From IMG/VR virus record IMGVR_UViG_3300046170_000369, positions 1 through 62,031 of that record: a stretch of 62,031 bases of DNA; one strand, written 5' to 3'. Positions 28,001 through 38,137 of this stretch are shown one piece after another. Numbering within the stretch: position 1 is the first letter of the stretch; each line of letters opens with the position of its first letter. The translations under genes and the position numbers were made by a program. The notes beneath the pieces are model-generated. The model did no database searches, had not been told where the DNA came from, and saw only the letters and a program-made list of their open reading frames with translations. Source of the DNA: a virus (Duplodnaviria > Caudoviricetes).

Positions 28001-29058
28001 CCTGCTACGCTATCCTCGATTACCGAGTTGCTGTAGGATATAAACTCATTCTTCTTTAGTGTTTTCTTCTTCTTTTGACCACCACCAGTTTGTCTAGTTT
28101 CTTGGGTTACTTCATACTTCTTACCGCCCATCTCTGAGACGATATTATTAAAGTGTTGAGCAAATATTCCGCTATTGCCTCTTATGTCAAATCTGCCCGA
28201 CTTTAACGGCATGCCTTTGATAAAGGTAGGCTTACCATCTAAGGTTTGATTTGTGCCAATATCACTTCCGAACTCTACTATATTACCATCATCATCAATA
28301 TAACCATACGCTACAGTTAGATCACCCTCCGCTCTTAGGGCTGGTTCACGAGTAAGTACAGTCGGTACAACACTATCTTTATGTACAAGCGTGTTGTCCT
28401 TTATAATATACCTGCCATCTTCAAGTCTTGTGTACAAGAAAGGTGGTTGCTTTGGCTTCTTTATTTTTAGCTTAGGTGGCTTAGGTGGCTTTATTACTGG
28501 GACGAGTTTATTATTCTCGATCCGTACAGTAGGATTGCGAAAGGCTGTGTATCGTCTGGCACCATTTACATCAGCTAAAGATTCAGGCTCAGAAAATACT
28601 TCTGCTTGGTTCTCAAGGTATCCCCATACGATGTCTCCATCCTCAGATACACTCTTTACTCTTCTTGGAGAACCCTTGTAGTTCCATAAAGTGTTAGGCT
28701 TAAATCTTTCTTTCCTCTCCTCGATTAACCTCTTTCTTTTCTCCTGCTCCTTTTGTTCAGATGTCTTCTTCTTTTTAAGTGTGGTTTTCTTGGTGGATGT
28801 TTTGTCGACTCCGCCTGTGTATTTTACCCTGCCATTCTTTACTTCAAAGTCTTCTCTTTGATTAAGGTAGGACTTGATGGCACTTTTCTCATCTCGGTTT
28901 TTTACTAAGCCTAACTCCTGATTTACAAACTCTGTAATCTTTTTGTTATCTTTGTCTGTCTCTCCTTTTACATCATCTACTATGCTGTTGTAGGTAGTTG
29001 CAACGCGAACCCGTGCTTTATAATCTAAGATCATCGTCACTGATGGTATCTCCATCAA
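24970..29058 (-). CDS. Giant virion protein, middle part with degenerate zincin-like motif
   Basis: 1362 aa; RVLAEELQHAV...EQEMWASY resembles HExxH...E. Confidence 0.7.
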   Translation of the reverse strand: MMEIPSVTMILDYKARVRVATTYNSIVDDVKGETDKDNKKITEFVNQELGLVKNRDEKSAIKSYLNQREDFEVKNGRVKYTGGVDKTSTKKTTLKKKKTSEQKEQEKRKRLIEERKERFKPNTLWNYKGSPRRVKSVSEDGDIVWGYLENQAEVFSEPESLADVNGARRYTAFRNPTVRIENNKLVPVIKPPKPPKLKIKKPKQPPFLYTRLEDGRYIIKDNTLVHKDSVVPTVLTREPALRAEGDLTVAYGYIDDDGNIVEFGSDIGTNQTLDGKPTFIKGMPLKSGRFDIRGNSGIFAQHFNNIVSEMGGKKYEVTQETRQTGGGQKKKKTLKKNEFISYSNSVIEDSVAGVQFSITSSGGSNMSPKEYLESELIPVTGDDVLEQVKELGLIGTSNANGYSKKAIVVVDHYGRVAVRSIYYKSKKKKEGKKREEIKKLKEKNHFGFDNYNLVIHKSSNRNSGKFNPFTKPNPSDISSSFSTIGQNEGSPFVDNGDGVQLEGDATFKVVGLLESENFFTANSNFATMQSFMDAVREQNVKAVENGHPKYRFDNDPENEELTDSEGYNPYAHLYFPPDQREAAKADIAKFAERRIYEIKSFIQQKLAENKYAEFPELSAYLDYLTQGLEQGGQVRIRELSQFEQLWAARKRAKNGGKLNLGADYEEHMYNGKEGNNPFLKKLFGGKKTSQGIATKDKNPNSNLPYWWSEFKSYGYKTLRNILFEDGSIPDEIKDRLIKQYGNKLPELYKLDITEEGAIYNFFMENGGIPPLPTLEEMLVMAEKVRQAVELRNLLNVKDQEGALHQDILDILYWYFFDSDNTERVNPADITEELKAEIQEEINETVDGTEDESLGKSYSDVLKSLNDRIEGLREDNRKIIQNADNIADVNLLNEGDLVFQEQIDIDKEIQDLEESKRLVEEKIQKTKEFSEGILDRLINDPSFRESFEKNYDPNEPAKAVGGGINKDAVRSAAAQLGLINISQSTELDISRVKAELSTWEDTFHAGHGYEISTLRSEDILSSSNESLANTLLDMQEEVGHAPLAVGTILSQGDAKFLENWRSDLEDATGRNVYEYVTDKVDEQKEEGVLDAGVYDGSSDMGGGSGIVTASQRVGAEREPNPEVAAQESDRIRTQFLQGAEPGKVIKGYDALVRAIKLVDDESTARVLEMLQPLRKQLNNVDVVWATDEQWAAVTEQIRIEKERAGQPVPTRYGQYSPLSRGGEEDPHIMMGNYYGYVKSDGTEMTEAERLQHMIRVLAEELQHAVLYTTIDALHNYRRNGFLPSHYKGKLSIKDFEYLSKSSGAIFDFLREKYAKEGKYSEILTSEQEMWASYAIDANFRAEIENLKLPKEFPCLDTEQPSKG

Positions 29059-30673
29059 TAGTGTGCTTGTTCTTAGTAAGCTCTGTCTCTAATGCCGAAG
29101 CGTCTGCAAATTGCTGGTCACCATAATAAGGGCTACCTTCCTCAGAACGCATAACCTTATCAATAAACTCAAGCTGTTTCCACGGCTCATCCCTGGATGG
29201 AAATTGCCACTCACCATCTCCGTCCTTAAATGGTTTCCGTTCCTTATCAGCCTTCTCCTTTAATGCCCTGCGGGCAACCTGCGTAGCTTTCTCTTTAGAA
29301 TCTTCGCTAAAGTTATCAACTGTTCTCTTGAGTCCCTTGAAGTGGATACCTTCACCATCTTCATAATCTACCTCTGCTAGTTGTTCGCCACCATCAGGAT
29401 TTAATATCTTACCATCCTTATAGTCATATACCTCATCTACAGTGATTGATGGTTCTTCTTGCTCCTGCTTTTCCCGAAGTTTATTTAAAGCCTTTTGTCG
29501 CTTGGCCTCTCTTTTCGCACCTCCGTCTGGAGATGTAAACTTATTTAGGTTAGCACGAAGCTCATCAAGTGCAGATAGGTCGCCTGCTTTTAATTTATCT
29601 TTTACAACTTTATTTAGTGTTTCGGTTAGATCAATACTTCCTTCACCACTACCTTCTTCGTCTAGGTTATACTCAGTAGCCGATTGAAACTCACCATCGT
29701 ACCACTTTACTACAATCTCATAAGGTCTTCCTTCTTCATCCCATACCTTTATCTTAGATGTCTGAACCTCGCGTCCGACTTGACCGCCCATGGTTGAGCG
29801 TTTAGTCTCCTTTGTGGTTTCCCACTTACTCTCCTCTTGTACATCTTCTTGTACAACCTCAGTAGTATCCTCATCAGTATCAAAAAAGTCTTTAACTACA
29901 GGATACAAATAACTCTTCTGTCCTTCTAATCTTTCCTCACCATCAACTGACTCTAAGTTTAAAGTTTCTCCACTAACACCAGTAACCTTGTACAACTTAT
30001 CGTTGTTAATGTTTCTTACAGTATCTCCAACAGACTGAGTAAAGGTTCTATCCAGCTTACTGATGTCCTCCTGCACCTCAGGAGTAGGCTCAATCTTTTG
30101 CTTCTTAGCTTCCTCTACATTCTTCTGAAATTTCCTACGAAGGATTTCCCTAGACTTATACAGATCGCTGATACCGCCAGCTACATCTGTACCCATCTTC
30201 ATCTGAGCACCACCAATAAATCCCAATGCGCCAGCCTCAACTAGGTGCTTCATATCCTGGTCTGTCCAGGGTTCACCCGTATGATCTTTCTCTACAAACA
30301 TTTGCAGAGCTTCCTGTGCAGCCTCTGTAAGCGACTCACCAGCCCCTGTTTGTGCAGTGCGAAGTGCATTACGACCAAGACCCTTAGCTAAATCTTTAGT
30401 AAAGATAGCACCCTCAGGCATCGAATCAACAAATGATGCTACAAGCCCAGTTGCCTTTTCCCTTCCAATACGATTGGTAAGTTTAGATGCTAAGAATGTA
30501 GGAACGATGGAATCCAAAGAACCCATCGCTGCACCTGCAACTGTGGACTTAGTACGAGCCTCAGCAGGTGACATATACAAAGGATCATCCTGATCCAACT
30601 TGTGTATATTGATATAAATCACTATATACATGACCTGTGTTCTGAGTGCCACTTGTTGCCACACCTGTCCCAA
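29018..30673 (-). CDS. Giant virion protein, N-proximal part
   Basis: GAGESLTEAAQEAL and AGALGFIGG Gly/Ala-rich helices typical of ejection proteins. Confidence 0.65.
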   Translation of the reverse strand: MGQVWQQVALRTQVMYIVIYINIHKLDQDDPLYMSPAEARTKSTVAGAAMGSLDSIVPTFLASKLTNRIGREKATGLVASFVDSMPEGAIFTKDLAKGLGRNALRTAQTGAGESLTEAAQEALQMFVEKDHTGEPWTDQDMKHLVEAGALGFIGGAQMKMGTDVAGGISDLYKSREILRRKFQKNVEEAKKQKIEPTPEVQEDISKLDRTFTQSVGDTVRNINNDKLYKVTGVSGETLNLESVDGEERLEGQKSYLYPVVKDFFDTDEDTTEVVQEDVQEESKWETTKETKRSTMGGQVGREVQTSKIKVWDEEGRPYEIVVKWYDGEFQSATEYNLDEEGSGEGSIDLTETLNKVVKDKLKAGDLSALDELRANLNKFTSPDGGAKREAKRQKALNKLREKQEQEEPSITVDEVYDYKDGKILNPDGGEQLAEVDYEDGEGIHFKGLKRTVDNFSEDSKEKATQVARRALKEKADKERKPFKDGDGEWQFPSRDEPWKQLEFIDKVMRSEEGSPYYGDQQFADASALETELTKNKHTIDGDTISDDDLRL

Positions 30674-31393
30674 ATGCTACTTGCCCTGCCTTCTTAGCAG
30701 CATCTCCCTTGATCTTTTTATCTATCTGGGCTGAGAAAGCACCACCTATTTTATCTTTTACTTCATCCGCTATCTCGATCCTTGATTTCACTGATTGCTT
30801 TCTTTTTACCTGCCTGTACTGCAACAGCACCTGCACCACCACCTGCTACCAAGGAAGCAATCACATCTGCTCCAGAAGCTAATGCTTCACCAGAACCAGA
30901 AGCAAGCCACCGACCCATGGGGCCAAAGTCGCCCTCATCTAACATATGCTCAAAAGCTAGTGAGAACTTTCCACGCATGGATGAGCCACGAAGACTGCCC
31001 TGTTCAAAGTTTGCCTGTGCTTTTTTCAGTAAGTTTTCTTCAGTGTCTTCCTGCGCCTAATGCACCTGCTGCTAATCCGAGGACAGCCTGATAGCCACCT
31101 TGCATTGAGTCAATACCACTACCAAAGCCTCTGGAAAACTCTTCTCCTGCTGTTCCAAAAAAACCAGCTCCTGCTAAGTAATCAGGTGCTTTTAGTTCTA
31201 CACGCCTGCGGGCACGCTGAAAGTCCTCCTCATACCTGTCCCAATCAGGATTATTGTTGGTGTCTTTGTATGTCTTTTGTACAAGATATGAAGTAAGTTG
31301 AAAATCATCCCAGTCGGCTGCAGGATGACCAATTTCCTTTAACTGTTCTCTGTACCGTTCAGTTCTTGCACTCGAATAATATCCATCCTCCAT
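30585..31393 (-). CDS. Giant virion protein N-terminus, broken into several frameshifted fragments
   Basis: ORFs 31040-31393, 30763-30978 and 30585-30842 read as consecutive parts of one Gly/Ala-rich sequence. Confidence 0.55.
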
Positions 31394-31400
31394 AAGTCAT

Positions 31401-32024
31401 TTATCCACTTCTTCTGCCAAAAGGTTTTTGTCTAATAAATTTATTTTCTTCCAGAGTATCTTGCAGTTCTTGATTAGTTTTCCTTCGCCTTATAACTTTT
31501 TCCTTTTCAAATTTTTGCTCTATATTTTCTTCAGGAAAATCCATTGCTTCTGGCTCAGGTAATTCTACATTTTCAGAGCCTTGTCCTGGATCACTCATTT
31601 CTGGATTAAAATTAGGAGCAGTACCCACATCTAACATCTGCAAGTTCATCTCTGTCTCAGGAATAACATCCTTAAACATATTAAGATAGCTTTTGAGATT
31701 ACTCTCTGCCATGCGTATTGTATCTGGACTTGCAGTCTGTAGGCTTGTAAGCAACTCCATTGCCTTGTTGATTTTCTCTTGCTGCTCCTGCTCAGCTACT
31801 GAAACCTGATCATCAAATGTCTTTCCTTTTCTTCGTGCAACCTGACGGGCAAACTCTATTTTCTGTGCTCCAGTAAGACTGCTGTATGTCTTGATAATGT
31901 CTTCATCTGACATCTTGTCCTTACTAAAAGTCGGGCCACCAGAGATACTAATATCTCCTTCATCTAATGCTGTATCCCAATCATAACCAGACTCACCAAA
32001 ATTTTCATTCGGTGTCCAAATCAT
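31401..32024 (-). CDS. Putative internal virion protein (probably continuous with 32005-32583)
   Basis: Overlapping ORFs in different frames. Confidence 0.55.
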   Translation of the reverse strand: MIWTPNENFGESGYDWDTALDEGDISISGGPTFSKDKMSDEDIIKTYSSLTGAQKIEFARQVARRKGKTFDDQVSVAEQEQQEKINKAMELLTSLQTASPDTIRMAESNLKSYLNMFKDVIPETEMNLQMLDVGTAPNFNPEMSDPGQGSENVELPEPEAMDFPEENIEQKFEKEKVIRRRKTNQELQDTLEENKFIRQKPFGRRSG

Positions 32025-32583
32025 TATCTTCTATATTAGTCCTTAAAAAGTCTTCTGCCCGAGCACCTTTCATGGCATCGAGTTCGTCCTGCATACTCTT
32101 TATCTGATTCCCTAGAATAGAAGCTCTTTGGTTATTAAGCTTCATTTGATCTACCCCTGCTGTGTTACTTACTAAAGTATTCATCAGCTTCATAGTGTCT
32201 AGGTTAGTCTTGAGCTTTAACTGCTTCATCTTCTCCTCGTGCGTCTCCTTGCCTCCACGCTCATTCCATAAAAACTGTTCTTTTTCTTTTAACTTGCGCT
32301 CAGTTTCTTCTGCTAGTTTCTTTCTTTTCTCAAACTCGTAATCTATATTAGCCCTCCTACGCATATTGGCTATATTGTCTCTAGCTATCTGTCTGTTGAA
32401 TTGCTGTTGGTCACGCATCGCAGTGAACTGGTTGTTCGCTCTTTGCTGCAGCGCATTGTACAAGGGTTGTGAGTTAGGCTTAACTACACCACCACGCATA
32501 TTCACTAACTGCTTAGGCTGTACTTGACCAACTTGTTGCCTTTGATAATCGGCAGGAACTGGTGACCATTTTATTGGGTTCAT
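32005..32583 (-). CDS. Putative internal virion protein, Gln-rich coiled coil
   Basis: 192 aa, Q/N/R-rich; ATGA overlap. Confidence 0.6.
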   Translation of the reverse strand: MNPIKWSPVPADYQRQQVGQVQPKQLVNMRGGVVKPNSQPLYNALQQRANNQFTAMRDQQQFNRQIARDNIANMRRRANIDYEFEKRKKLAEETERKLKEKEQFLWNERGGKETHEEKMKQLKLKTNLDTMKLMNTLVSNTAGVDQMKLNNQRASILGNQIKSMQDELDAMKGARAEDFLRTNIEDNDLDTE

Positions 32584-33638
32584 GATATCGCAGGGTCGTT
32601 AGGGTCAGGATCCACTGAATCAGGTGTACCATCACCATCAGTATCTGTCTCATCGTCATCTGGCCAAATATTTCCCAGTTCGTCAAAGACATCTACAACA
32701 TCGGTGACCAAATCAATAAATGATTGGTCGCCACTTTGTTGCCCTAAGGTTTGGAGTTGTGACATTAGAGCAGCCGCACCCTCTGAATCATAAGTTGGCA
32801 CTACAGGCCTGTCTGTAGTCAGTGGATTCACTCCTCCAGATACCGTCGATTTTGTTGCATTCATTTGTTGAGTCAAAGCATTAAGCTTATCAACAATTCT
32901 TATATATTCAGGATCAGTCGAGTTAAGGTTTTTTATAGCATTTGCTATTTCATCAATGTTCTCGAATTTGCCATCCATGATTTCACGAAATGCTTTGTCT
33001 TCAGCACCAATCTGAGCAATCATTCCAGCAACCTGAGATTGTAATAGACTTATGTATGTGTCTGGATTTGGATTATTTGCAATCAAGTCGAGCACTTCAA
33101 ACTGTTTTTGCCACCATTCTTCAGCATTCTGTACATCTATCTCACCCTTCTGTGCCATCAATTCAACATACTCCTTGGCAAGTTGTACGATAAAGTCAGT
33201 CTCCTCAGGAGTCTTACCAATGACGGCAGCAAAATCATTACGCATCTTAGCCAGAGCATCCTGTGCTGTCTTACCAAACTGATACTCACGAAGATCGGCT
33301 GCATCAATAATATCCTTACTCAATGCAGAACGATCACGAGAAGCACGCATATTAGCATCTACTAATAAACGATTAGTTGCATTGTTAGTACCACTCATTC
33401 CTGCACGCATGGCATTTAGATTATCACCACGCAGAGAATCAGTTATATCCTGAAATTGAGTGTTAAGACCAGAAAGCTGTTTTCTTTCAAGCTCATTATT
33501 TAACTGATTAACTGCATCTAAGTTTTCCTGATTGATTTTCTCCTTTAATTTCAGTTCGTCATAGGCATCATCAAATCTTTCGACATAACCTGCAGTCAGT
33601 GCATCTGCTCGGGATGGAATATTAAGCTCCTCGATCAT
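32580..33638 (-). CDS. Putative virion protein, coiled coil with C-terminal DTDGDG acidic motif
   Basis: 352 aa; probably fused to 33656-34135 across a frameshift. Confidence 0.6.
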   Translation of the reverse strand: MIEELNIPSRADALTAGYVERFDDAYDELKLKEKINQENLDAVNQLNNELERKQLSGLNTQFQDITDSLRGDNLNAMRAGMSGTNNATNRLLVDANMRASRDRSALSKDIIDAADLREYQFGKTAQDALAKMRNDFAAVIGKTPEETDFIVQLAKEYVELMAQKGEIDVQNAEEWWQKQFEVLDLIANNPNPDTYISLLQSQVAGMIAQIGAEDKAFREIMDGKFENIDEIANAIKNLNSTDPEYIRIVDKLNALTQQMNATKSTVSGGVNPLTTDRPVVPTYDSEGAAALMSQLQTLGQQSGDQSFIDLVTDVVDVFDELGNIWPDDDETDTDGDGTPDSVDPDPNDPAIS

Positions 33639-33655
33639 CTCACCAACTTCAGTAG

Positions 33656-34135
33656 CTAATCATTATCTACATCATCCTGAGTAGCGGGGCGGGTAGTATT
33701 TAAATTTCCTGTAACATCATCAAATGTTTCCCTACCAGGAGTATTCTCCAAAAAACTATTTATAGTATCATCTACTGATGCAGTACCGAATAAATCACCT
33801 GCGTCTGCTGCATCGAAGAAGCTAGTAGAATCGTTGAAGTTATCAAGCGTACCATCAAAATCAAAATCAAATGCATTTAGGTCTGTATTACCACGAGTGC
33901 TTGCAAACCAGTCATCCCATCCCTGCTGTTTTGCTTCACCCAATCCTGTAAAAAAAGCATCATTCTCACTACCTACAGGATTATTACTCCAGAAGTCCTC
34001 AACATAAGACTTGCCCGCTTGATTAGCAGCATCAAAACCGCCACTATAAAAATCAGAAGCAAGCTGATTACCTCCGTATCCTTTGTTTTTTAAGAAGCTC
34101 TGCTTGTCGGTATCTGTTATAAAATAGTTGTTCAT
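33656..34135 (-). CDS. Putative virion protein, N-terminal part
   Basis: 159 aa, D/F/G-rich. Confidence 0.6.
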   Translation of the reverse strand: MNNYFITDTDKQSFLKNKGYGGNQLASDFYSGGFDAANQAGKSYVEDFWSNNPVGSENDAFFTGLGEAKQQGWDDWFASTRGNTDLNAFDFDFDGTLDNFNDSTSFFDAADAGDLFGTASVDDTINSFLENTPGRETFDDVTGNLNTTRPATQDDVDND

Positions 34136-37100
34136 GTCGTACCAGTTGCACCAGTTGCAGTTGTTTTTGTTGTCGGAGTTTTTCTATTCTTTAAGAAAAT
34201 ATTATCCTCATTAATTGTTGGCAGGGTATAGTCTTCATTAAATAGTACCTGCTCTGGAGTCTGATCTACATTAGCTGGATCAAGTAAATTAAATACACTA
34301 CCTCCTGCAGCTACAGAATATGGATTACCTGCTTCTGCCTTTTTGTTTCCGAAAAAGTCATAACCCTCCTCAGGTTTCTGACGGGTAAACATATTCTTAT
34401 TGATACCCTGACCGCCATAAAGTACAGCTTTTGCAGTATTATTAAAAGCATCGGTACGAGCTTCAGCCATAGGAGAAGTATCCCCAGCAAAGTTGTAGAG
34501 TCTTGCTTGGTTTTCTAATTTTTTATTAACAGCAAGTTCTTCAAGTTTGTCATTCAACTGACGATAATAATCATTCGCCTCATTTAACTGCTTACTTCTA
34601 CCTGCTCGTGATCTTACATCATTTTCAGCCCCGAACTCCCAAGTGTACATATCATCAGCCAACTCATCATAAAGGCTCTGACTGTACTCTTGATATCCGC
34701 CTGGAGGAGCAGCACCTGGAGGTGAATCAATTACATTACCTTTGTAATCTACATACTGAACATTACCATCTTCATCTGTGATTGTATAAATCTGATCAGG
34801 GTCATTATAGAATCCCTTTTCATACAAGGCAGCCATGCCTTCTTCCTGCTTCTTTTCGTAAGCAGTTTGATCAGGTATACCGTCAAGCTTACCTGAAATT
34901 AAATTACCATCTTTATCGTAAGTACCTGTGTCATGCAAAGGCTTGTTGTAATAATCCATCTGCTCTTGGAGAGCACCTTCGTATCCAACACGCCACTCTG
35001 CCTCCATCTCTCTGTAGTCCCAAGGCAGCATCCAAGATGGTGTCCACATCTGCTCAAAGTCATCAGCAGTTCCTTCAATGCCATCTGGCCCCTTGTTATA
35101 AATAAAGTCAGAGAGACTTGGATCATATAAGGCATTAAGTTCGAGAGCACCAGTATTACGATTAACTATATACTTTCTTTGAAGAAAAGGAGCAGCTTGT
35201 TCCTGAATTGTGCCACCAGGATTTAACCAAGGCTTCCCAGCTAATTGACCAGCACCAACAAAGGTGGCTAAATTTTGATTACTTGCAGATGCTTCTGCTG
35301 CTGCGTTTTGTGCTCTCTGATACTCAATGGATATGTTCACCATATCCTCAGCACCATTTAGTTTATTTAGCCAGCGAATAGGATTCCATTCAGGACCAAG
35401 TAATTTATCAATACCTGCCGAAATCATCTTGGTACTCAATCCAGCCTGAGCACCTGGTGCGGTAGCAGCAAGACGAGCTAGATTAGCAGCATCTTCATTA
35501 GCAGCATCAAAAGCAGCTTTACCTGTTAATGGTTCACCCGTGAAAGCTGGATTTATAAGTTTTAGCGAACCATCCTCTAAAGTTTCAAACTCACTATTTT
35601 CAATGTCTAATCTTCTATAAGTCTCGCCCCAACCTGTCTCCTGTTCACCCAATGAGTTTTGCCAATCGGCTATATACTCTTCATAAGAAGGAACATCAGG
35701 TACAGTATCCTGTTGTGATAATCTAGTACCTGCTTCATCATAAACATTATAAAGTCTTTTGCCTGCTGCTACTACCGAGGTGTAGTATACTGGTACGCCT
35801 GCTTGATTTCCTGAATCTGTGTTGTTACCCATGTTATTACCTGTGTCGCTAGCTTGGCTTTCTTTTACAGCTTCCCATTCTGAATAATCCTTAAGGTCAG
35901 GCAACGCCTCATAGATTGATCCATTATTATAGAATTCAGGTATAAAACTATATTCTTTGTTTTCGCCCCCAAATAATGTTCCGTTGATTTTTACCTGATT
36001 TCCATTTTCATCAAAAAGATATGCTTTACCTCTACTAGTTTGCCGAATATAGACAGGCGTATTTGAACCAGTGTCGTCTGTATTGGTGTTATCTGTAGTG
36101 TCTTCTGTTTGACCCTTGTACCAAGTTTCATAATCTGGCAGGGCTGGTTTTTGTCTTACTCTCTTTATGGTGTTTCCATTGGCGTCTTTTATGTAGTATT
36201 TCTTGGAAAACCCACTTCCCTTAGAAGTGTAATAAGTAGGTTCACCCACGGTATTTGTCTCTGTTTCTTGAGGTGTCTGTGTTGTTTCGTCAGGTGTCTG
36301 TGTTGTTATTGGCTGCTGATTAATTACATTTATCTTTTCATCAATTTCAGATACAGAAGAGTCATAAGAATCTTGGTCGATTTTACCAATATCAAGTAAT
36401 CTATCCTTCTGGGACTTTAAATGCTCAAGCATTTCTGTTTGGTCAAAAGTACCTGAGCCATCTGCATCTAATAAATCTTCACTAGCGACCGTACGCCAGT
36501 CTCCTGAGTCGTCCATATATACGCCCAGTCCATCTTCAGTCGAAAACTGCTTGCGGTCACTAGCTAGTAATTTGTCATCCGTGTATACCCAAATTCCGTT
36601 ATCGGTATCAATATCGGAACTGCTTTTACCATCAGCTGCATACCACCTCCATTGCGCACCTGGGCGACCATCATCAACCTCCCTATCCGATTTATAATAC
36701 CAACCTTTATCAAGAACGCTATATGCCCAACCATTAGCGTTGACTCTTTCTAAATCATACTTTCCGTTATCATAAACAACAGGTGTCCAATAATCATGAC
36801 TACCATCTGCACTCTGTTTCAAAAAATTATATGCTCCGTCCGCAGCTAATTTCTTACCCTTGTATGTTACATTACCATCTGTATCTATTTTAACATCAGG
36901 GCGGGCTTTCCTGTAAGAACCTTGATCATTGAGTACATAAACAATACCTCTCTTATCTGTATAATAGCTCTCAGAAATACTTTCTACCCCTCCTGTAAAT
37001 TCTTCTCCTGATACAGGATTAGTAACAATTACATTTTCTAATCCATCTTCTTTAAATCTCTGAAAACCTGCACCTGCATATCCTGTAGCACCCAAAAAAT

Positions 37101-38136
37101 TTACATGTGGAGAGTGAGCTATAGTTTCTAAATTGGATTTTGCTTTAATTAAAACATTCCCATCCTCATCTACCTCATAATTACTCGATGCATCAGGCAT
37201 AACCAGACCATAGACATCTTTATCTATTTTGATATAGCCATTGTAAAAACCTGCTACTGTGTTACCGTCATTATCTTTTACACTACCATCATGAGCTAGT
37301 GTTCCATGCTTTGGTATTTTTACTTTTGTGCCATCAGAGAGCTGTACGGAATCATCGTATATCAATCCTTCATAGAGCCATGTCCCATTTCTTACTACTG
37401 CATCAACTCCAGCATCTCCAACACCACCCGTAGCTGTAAATACCCCATCCTTTACCTCTCCACTAAGAACACTTCCTTCTTTAAGATTAACTCGCTTACC
37501 ATTTATGATGGTATATAACCTATCCTTGCTAGCTTTCATCCGATTCGAATTTTTGCTATCACTGTAGATCTGCCCATCCTTAGGTTGCGCAGCCTCTAAT
37601 TGACTATATCTCCTCTGTTGATTTTCATCCAATTTATAATCATTAATATTTTTGGCTAGTTTAGTGTAATTTAAAGTACCAGACCCCTGTATCCACAAAG
37701 GAGCTAACTCTGACATTGCTACTTGTACAAGTGCTGGTTTTCTAGAGTCCCTATTCCAGTTAAATGCCGCAACAAGATTATCGTTAACTCTCCAGTTTGT
37801 ACCGTAACTAGCGACATCTCCAGATACATTTTTTTTGTAAAACTCTAAGAAATCGGGATGATCGTATACAATCTTTCCATCTATTGTAGGAATTTCCTGG
37901 AAACTATCAAAGTCTAGATCCATGAACAGATTTATGGCTCGTCGTGCTGTAGAGTTTTTAGCGCGACTCCATACCCCCCATGTAGGATTAGATGTTTCGC
38001 CAATCTCATACTGGCTATCCATGTACTGATTCAGATCACCAAAATTTTTAGTGAAATTCTCATCAGACATGTCGTCCCCCATGATTGCGGAGTATTTTAG
38101 TCCCAAACCCCCACCTAACCCTTCTGAAAGAACCAT
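34132..38136 (-). CDS. Large putative virion protein (1334 aa)
   Basis: Long ORF in the structural module; beta-rich central part with DxDG turns. Confidence 0.7.
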   Translation of the reverse strand: MVLSEGLGGGLGLKYSAIMGDDMSDENFTKNFGDLNQYMDSQYEIGETSNPTWGVWSRAKNSTARRAINLFMDLDFDSFQEIPTIDGKIVYDHPDFLEFYKKNVSGDVASYGTNWRVNDNLVAAFNWNRDSRKPALVQVAMSELAPLWIQGSGTLNYTKLAKNINDYKLDENQQRRYSQLEAAQPKDGQIYSDSKNSNRMKASKDRLYTIINGKRVNLKEGSVLSGEVKDGVFTATGGVGDAGVDAVVRNGTWLYEGLIYDDSVQLSDGTKVKIPKHGTLAHDGSVKDNDGNTVAGFYNGYIKIDKDVYGLVMPDASSNYEVDEDGNVLIKAKSNLETIAHSPHVNFLGATGYAGAGFQRFKEDGLENVIVTNPVSGEEFTGGVESISESYYTDKRGIVYVLNDQGSYRKARPDVKIDTDGNVTYKGKKLAADGAYNFLKQSADGSHDYWTPVVYDNGKYDLERVNANGWAYSVLDKGWYYKSDREVDDGRPGAQWRWYAADGKSSSDIDTDNGIWVYTDDKLLASDRKQFSTEDGLGVYMDDSGDWRTVASEDLLDADGSGTFDQTEMLEHLKSQKDRLLDIGKIDQDSYDSSVSEIDEKINVINQQPITTQTPDETTQTPQETETNTVGEPTYYTSKGSGFSKKYYIKDANGNTIKRVRQKPALPDYETWYKGQTEDTTDNTNTDDTGSNTPVYIRQTSRGKAYLFDENGNQVKINGTLFGGENKEYSFIPEFYNNGSIYEALPDLKDYSEWEAVKESQASDTGNNMGNNTDSGNQAGVPVYYTSVVAAGKRLYNVYDEAGTRLSQQDTVPDVPSYEEYIADWQNSLGEQETGWGETYRRLDIENSEFETLEDGSLKLINPAFTGEPLTGKAAFDAANEDAANLARLAATAPGAQAGLSTKMISAGIDKLLGPEWNPIRWLNKLNGAEDMVNISIEYQRAQNAAAEASASNQNLATFVGAGQLAGKPWLNPGGTIQEQAAPFLQRKYIVNRNTGALELNALYDPSLSDFIYNKGPDGIEGTADDFEQMWTPSWMLPWDYREMEAEWRVGYEGALQEQMDYYNKPLHDTGTYDKDGNLISGKLDGIPDQTAYEKKQEEGMAALYEKGFYNDPDQIYTITDEDGNVQYVDYKGNVIDSPPGAAPPGGYQEYSQSLYDELADDMYTWEFGAENDVRSRAGRSKQLNEANDYYRQLNDKLEELAVNKKLENQARLYNFAGDTSPMAEARTDAFNNTAKAVLYGGQGINKNMFTRQKPEEGYDFFGNKKAEAGNPYSVAAGGSVFNLLDPANVDQTPEQVLFNEDYTLPTINEDNIFLKNRKTPTTKTTATGATGTT

Positions 38137-38137
38137 C

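Noticed and set aside
33840-33880. RNA polymerase DxDGD motif (FDFDFDGT)
   Set aside because: Lacks the third Asp and sits in a short D/F-rich structural ORF.
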